Below are positions 27,547 to 32,000 of a DNA stretch of 32,000 bases, one piece after another. Below the pieces are notes generated by a model, which made no database searches, had not been told where the DNA came from, and saw only the letters and a program-made list of their open reading frames with translations. Position 1 is the first letter of the stretch. The number at the start of each line of letters is the position of its first letter. Source of the stretch: Dysgonomonas gadei ATCC BAA-286 (GTDB lineage Bacteria > Bacteroidota > Bacteroidia > Bacteroidales > Dysgonomonadaceae). The DNA is taken from positions 77,823 through 109,822 of the forward strand of contig NZ_GL891988.1 in assembly GCF_000213555.1 (NCBI RefSeq), read 5' to 3'. The position numbers were made by a program, and so were the translations under genes.

Positions 27547-29751
27547 ATGAAAAAAACTTATTTGTTATTGGCCATTAGTTTGCTATTATCCAGCATAGTA
27601 TGCGGGCAAAGCATTGTGAAGCCATCAATTAATACGAAGACAACTTTTGCAATAATAATTGATAGTAAAAGCTATGCAGAAGCTAAAAAAGAAGTAGACG
27701 AATATAAGAAGATCATCGAGAATGATGGATTAGGTACATATATAATATCTCATACATGGACCAAGCCTGATGAGATACGCGAGATATTAATCAAACTATA
27801 TAATGATAAAGAAGCACCACTGGAGGGTACTGTTCTCGTTGGGGATATTCCAATTCCGATGCTACGCGATGCCCAGCATTTAACCTCAGCATTCAAAATG
27901 GACCAGAAACGAAACTGGCAACAGTCAAGCGTGCCTTCTGACAGGTTTTACGATGATTTTGGTTTAAAATTCGATTATCTAAAACAAGACTCGATAAAAT
28001 CTTTATACTTTTATTACTCACTTCGGCCAGACTCGGAACAAGTCCTTTCTTCTAATATTTATTCAGCACGAATAAGACCTCTTGAAAACGGTAAAACGGA
28101 TAAATACAGCCAGCTGCGAGCCTATCTGCAAAAAGTAGTAGATATACGTTCTTCTGAAAAAAGTAATATTATCGATAATCTGACTGTAGCACGAGGACAT
28201 GGATACAACTCAGAGTCGAGAGTAGCATGGTCGGGAGAACAACTTGCGTTAAAGGAGCAATTTCCTAATTTATTTGCTGCAAATAATTTTGTGAAATTTA
28301 TGGAGTTCGATTCTTATTGGCCAATGAAAGCTTATTGGCTGAACGAGGTCCAACGCCCTGATTTGGATGTAATGCTATTCCATCATCATGGATCGAATGA
28401 TTATCAGTATATAAACGGATATAAAGAGGGAAGCGATGTAAATACATCTAAAGAAAACATAAAGCTGTATCTACGAAGTAAAATCTCCGGTGCTGTAAAA
28501 AAAGGAAAGGATAAAGAAGAGACAATTGAGTATTATATGAAATCGTTAGATGTTCCCAGGTCTTGGTGCGAGGAGGCATTTGATCCGGCCATACTTGCCC
28601 AGGACTCCATATTGAATGATTCTCTGGATATTCTGGTAAGGGACATTTACACAATAACACCTAATGCGCGTTTTGTGATGTTTGATGCCTGCTACAACGG
28701 GTCGTTCTATGAAGATGAATACATTGCCGGCGCATATTTATTTAATAGTGGTAAAACCATCGTTACACAAGGAAATACAGTTAATACTATTCAGGATAAA
28801 TGGCCTGATGAATTTTTGGGCTTACTAAACAGTGGTATTCGCATCGGATTATGGGGGAAATATGTCCATTTTCTTGAAACGCATATCATCGGAGATCCAA
28901 CGTATCATTTTGCGAAGAATCTGAATTCGAATATCAATATTAATGAAGCGCTTACAATTCATAAGAATGATATCGCATACTGGAAGGAAGCATTATCGGA
29001 AGCAGATGCAGATATAAAAACAATAGCGCTACGTGTACTTTTTGATAACGATTATAAAAACATCTCAGATCTGTTGAAACAGACCTATTTCCAATCTCAG
29101 GATATGGTTATAAGACTTGAAGCCTTACAGTTATTGTCGAGAATGGATAATGATGATTTCATTGAGGTTTTAGCTGCAGCCATGTCAGACAGCTACGAAC
29201 TAACCCGCCGCTATGCAGCAGAATATATTGTAAAGAACGGATCGGAAAAGCTAATTTCATCTCTTGCGAAGGCTATATTGAACGATAATACCTCAAAACG
29301 TATAAACTTTAAAATCTCATCGGGGCTAAGAATGGTCAATCTCGAGAAACTGAAAGCAGAATTAGAATTACAAGCTGCAGGAAGACCATTTTACAGCAGT
29401 GATATGCTGGACAAAACGCTGAAAGAGATAGAATCTGTTCAGAAAAGTAAGGATAGTAGCCTTTCATTGATTACCAACACGGAGGAAAAGGCGAAGAACA
29501 GAATATTTGATATAACAAGATTCCGTAACCAGCCCGCATCGGATGGTATAGATACGTTATTGTCAATTGCTGCTGATACTGCGAACGAAAAGGCAATCCG
29601 TTCTGTAACGATAGAAGCGCTGGGATGGTTCAACTATTCATATAGAAAAGGATATCTTATTGAAAAGTTAAACGAAATTTTGTCTATTGAAAAAGACAGC
29701 GATTTAATCAATGAAACAACTAAAAGTATAAACAGACTAAAATCTAAATAA
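27547..29751 (+). CDS. Exported caspase/gingipain-fold-like (clan CD) cysteine peptidase with C-terminal HEAT-like repeats
   Basis: Signal peptide MKKTYLLLAISLLLSSIVCGQ; GTVLVGDIPIPML; candidate catalytic His in DVMLFHHHGSNDYQY; candidate catalytic Cys in VMFDACYNGSFYEDEYIAGAYLF followed by TQGNTVNT and HIIGDPTYHF; helical repeat region ENALRVLFDNDYK...VIRLEALQLLSRMDNDDFIEVLAAAMSDSYELTRRYAAEYIVKNG. Confidence 0.8.
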   Translation: MKKTYLLLAISLLLSSIVCGQSIVKPSINTKTTFAIIIDSKSYAEAKKEVDEYKKIIENDGLGTYIISHTWTKPDEIREILIKLYNDKEAPLEGTVLVGDIPIPMLRDAQHLTSAFKMDQKRNWQQSSVPSDRFYDDFGLKFDYLKQDSIKSLYFYYSLRPDSEQVLSSNIYSARIRPLENGKTDKYSQLRAYLQKVVDIRSSEKSNIIDNLTVARGHGYNSESRVAWSGEQLALKEQFPNLFAANNFVKFMEFDSYWPMKAYWLNEVQRPDLDVMLFHHHGSNDYQYINGYKEGSDVNTSKENIKLYLRSKISGAVKKGKDKEETIEYYMKSLDVPRSWCEEAFDPAILAQDSILNDSLDILVRDIYTITPNARFVMFDACYNGSFYEDEYIAGAYLFNSGKTIVTQGNTVNTIQDKWPDEFLGLLNSGIRIGLWGKYVHFLETHIIGDPTYHFAKNLNSNININEALTIHKNDIAYWKEALSEADADIKTIALRVLFDNDYKNISDLLKQTYFQSQDMVIRLEALQLLSRMDNDDFIEVLAAAMSDSYELTRRYAAEYIVKNGSEKLISSLAKAILNDNTSKRINFKISSGLRMVNLEKLKAELELQAAGRPFYSSDMLDKTLKEIESVQKSKDSSLSLITNTEEKAKNRIFDITRFRNQPASDGIDTLLSIAADTANEKAIRSVTIEALGWFNYSYRKGYLIEKLNEILSIEKDSDLINETTKSINRLKSK

Positions 29752-29753
29752 AA

Positions 29754-30611
29754 ATGAAATATATCACAATATCTTTATTGACATTGCTTATTGTCATATT
29801 TGTAGGATGTAGTTCACAAAGAGTAAAGCCATCTGCAAATATAGTTTTCGATTCTTACGAGCAACATTTTATAGATTCAGTCTTACAGATTGGTCTTGAC
29901 AATGAGGCTTTGTTTACATTGTTAGGAGATCTAAAGCCAATGAGCTCGTTAGTTACATTCAATTATCCGATAGCGAATAATGATAGTACAAAGGTTTCAA
30001 GTTCTAAAATATTGGACAGATCTATTCATGGGAAATATCTGGATCGGTTGTACGCGATTGTGAAAGCTATAAACAAATCGAGCATTCCTGATCTTCAATT
30101 AGTGCTTATTCCATATCAAACCCCTCAAAAGAAAAACAGAATCTTACAATTAAGTGTTGTTAGAAAAAGTTCGCTGGACAGCTTATTGAAAGCTAAAGAA
30201 GAATTTTTTGGCCAGTTTGGATTAGTACCGGGGACCGATCCTAATGTAGTTGTCAGTACAATTGAATGTAGTGATAAATTTGAGAGGTGGAGAGGATACG
30301 GCTATCTTTTTGGCTATCCCGATTATGCTGTAGACTTCTTTATTAATGCATTTTTGGAAACTGAATCCACTGGTAAATTTGTGGAAAGAAACGCATTCAG
30401 AATACCTACATATTCTATGCCCGAAATGGGGAATTTTGTCTATACTTATCCCAAAGAACACACTCCTACAGCAGAAGTAGATTCGGCTATTTACTATAAA
30501 GGTGTGCATATTCTGGATAATTATAGGACATTGCGTAATAAATATATGAATGCAGACAGCACTGTACAATCTTACAAATTACTTCAGGATTTTTATAGAT
30601 CATCAAAATAA
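29754..30611 (+). CDS. Hypothetical lipoprotein
   Basis: Lipobox (LLIVIFVGCSSQ); start lies 2 nt after the stop of the protease-HEAT gene; 285 aa with no recognised catalytic motif. Confidence 0.78.
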   Translation: MKYITISLLTLLIVIFVGCSSQRVKPSANIVFDSYEQHFIDSVLQIGLDNEALFTLLGDLKPMSSLVTFNYPIANNDSTKVSSSKILDRSIHGKYLDRLYAIVKAINKSSIPDLQLVLIPYQTPQKKNRILQLSVVRKSSLDSLLKAKEEFFGQFGLVPGTDPNVVVSTIECSDKFERWRGYGYLFGYPDYAVDFFINAFLETESTGKFVERNAFRIPTYSMPEMGNFVYTYPKEHTPTAEVDSAIYYKGVHILDNYRTLRNKYMNADSTVQSYKLLQDFYRSSK

Positions 30612-30629
30612 ATAGAAGTTTGATTTTTG

Positions 30630-31934
30630 ATGAGCAAAGAAAAGATAACTAAGATCAGTGCTTATACTGGCATATCGATTGTTGTTGCGAATATGATTGG
30701 AACCGGGGCTTTCACAAGTCTCGGGTTTCAACTCGAAAGTATCACAAATACAGCCTCAATTATTACCCTATGGATACTTGGCGGCATATTGGCATTATGT
30801 GGAGCATTTAGCTATGCCGAGGTTGGAACTTTCTTTAAGAAATCGGGAGGTGAGTATACCTTTCTTTCCGGAATATATCATCCCGTAATAGGATATTTGT
30901 CCGGGTGGATATCGTTAACTGTAGGTTTTGCTGCTCCCATAGCATTGTCAGCTTTAGCTTTTACTGAATATTTTCCTGTCAAAACCGGGTATCCCCAAAT
31001 AATCTGTATTGCTCTCATTGCAATAATAACATTAATACATAGTCGTAATCTGAATTCAAGTTCTAAGTTTCAGAATATAACTACTTTTTTTAAAGTATTC
31101 TTAATTCTGGTTATTATACTGGTAGGAGTAATAGTCCCAACCGAACCTAATAATGCAATTAGTTTTGAATCGTCATATGTGAATGAAATTACATCAGCGA
31201 CATTTGCTGTTTCATTTATATATGTTACTTATTCTTATTCAGGGTGGAATGCTGCTGCATATATAACTGAAGAATTTAAAACCCCTCAAAGATCTCTACC
31301 TATTGCATTGATTGGAGGAACTTTAATTGTTACAATCTTATATACGTTGCTACAGATTACTTTCCTTAGTCATGTGCCCTTATCAGAATTAGTGGGGAAA
31401 TTGAATATTGGAACCATTACCAGTGAATATATGCTAGGACCCGGATTTGCGAAAATATTCAGCACCGGAATTTCACTTTTGCTTATTTCCGGTATTAGTG
31501 CTATGGTATGGGTTGGCCCCAGAGTTACAGCAAGTATATCTGAAAGACATCATCTATGGCGGTATTTTAAAAATAACTCAAAAGGAATTCCTGTAAAAGC
31601 GCTATGGTTGCAGTTCACTATTAGTTCTATATTAATTATTACCGGAACATTTAATCAAATAATGATTTATTGCGGTATATTGCTCACCTTCTCTTCTTTA
31701 TTGGTTATTGTGGGAGTGTTTATCTTAAGATATCGGAATAGAGGGAAGGTTATAGAAGGCTATAAGAGTCCATTTTTCCCTTTTTTTCAAATTATATTTG
31801 CAATAGTGGCTATCTGGATGATTGTATTCGCTTTCCTTAATAACACTTATGAGAGCTTAGCCGGATTAATAAATGTTATATTGGGATTGGCAACTTATTT
31901 TATTAAACCTAAGAAATGCCCGAATAAAATATAA
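30630..31934 (+). CDS. APC-family amino acid permease
   Basis: MSKEKITKISAYTGISIVVANMIGTGAFTSLGFQLESI, GGEYTFLSGIYHPVIGYLSGW, SYSGWNAAAYITEEFKTPQRSLP; 12 or so TM segments. ATG at 30630. Confidence 0.93.
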   Translation: MSKEKITKISAYTGISIVVANMIGTGAFTSLGFQLESITNTASIITLWILGGILALCGAFSYAEVGTFFKKSGGEYTFLSGIYHPVIGYLSGWISLTVGFAAPIALSALAFTEYFPVKTGYPQIICIALIAIITLIHSRNLNSSSKFQNITTFFKVFLILVIILVGVIVPTEPNNAISFESSYVNEITSATFAVSFIYVTYSYSGWNAAAYITEEFKTPQRSLPIALIGGTLIVTILYTLLQITFLSHVPLSELVGKLNIGTITSEYMLGPGFAKIFSTGISLLLISGISAMVWVGPRVTASISERHHLWRYFKNNSKGIPVKALWLQFTISSILIITGTFNQIMIYCGILLTFSSLLVIVGVFILRYRNRGKVIEGYKSPFFPFFQIIFAIVAIWMIVFAFLNNTYESLAGLINVILGLATYFIKPKKCPNKI

Positions 31935-32000
31935 TCGGGAGTTCCTCCTAATAGTATTGTCGGATTGTAAGATTATGAGTTATAAAAAAGGAGGCCCAAT

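Noticed and set aside
27547-29751. Interpretation of the caspase-like/HEAT gene as an anti-phage defence effector
   Set aside because: It has an export signal and sits among TonB-receptor, beta-barrel and lipoprotein genes, with no nuclease, helicase, NTPase or CRISPR neighbour. An envelope function fits better.
31975-32000. Possible start of another gene (ATG AGT TAT AAA AAA GGA GGC CCA)
   Set aside because: Only eight codons before the window ends, too little to support a CDS.

Overview
This is a Bacteroidetes-type chromosomal window (possibly Dysgonomonas-like; inferred from gene families and intergenic style, not from a marker gene). It holds about 20 supported CDSs. No rRNA, tRNA, CRISPR array or intact IS element was recognised. 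Left to right: a truncated FucP-type MFS transporter; an alkyltransferase-like protein (Ala in place of the catalytic Cys); a GH97 glycosidase paired with an N-acetylhexosamine kinase-like/APH-fold kinase; a calcineurin-like phosphoesterase; an ECF sigma/FecR/STN-TonB receptor locus with two lipoproteins and a clostripain-like (C11) lipoprotein; an AraC regulator plus SDR; and a compact putative stress cluster (TspO, pyrimidine-dimer glycosylase family, glutathione peroxidase, DUF1304). Last comes an outer-membrane cassette: TonB receptor, DUF4876-like lipoprotein, DUF6850-like beta-barrel, an exported caspase/gingipain-like protease fused to HEAT-like repeats, a lipoprotein and an APC amino acid permease. 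This final cassette (about 21.7-31.9 kb) is the best candidate for an under-described system; I propose it as envelope proteolysis or peptide capture coupled to amino acid import. Other signals are two matching mosaic non-coding repeat regions, several strong hairpins, and a possible decayed lipoprotein gene.
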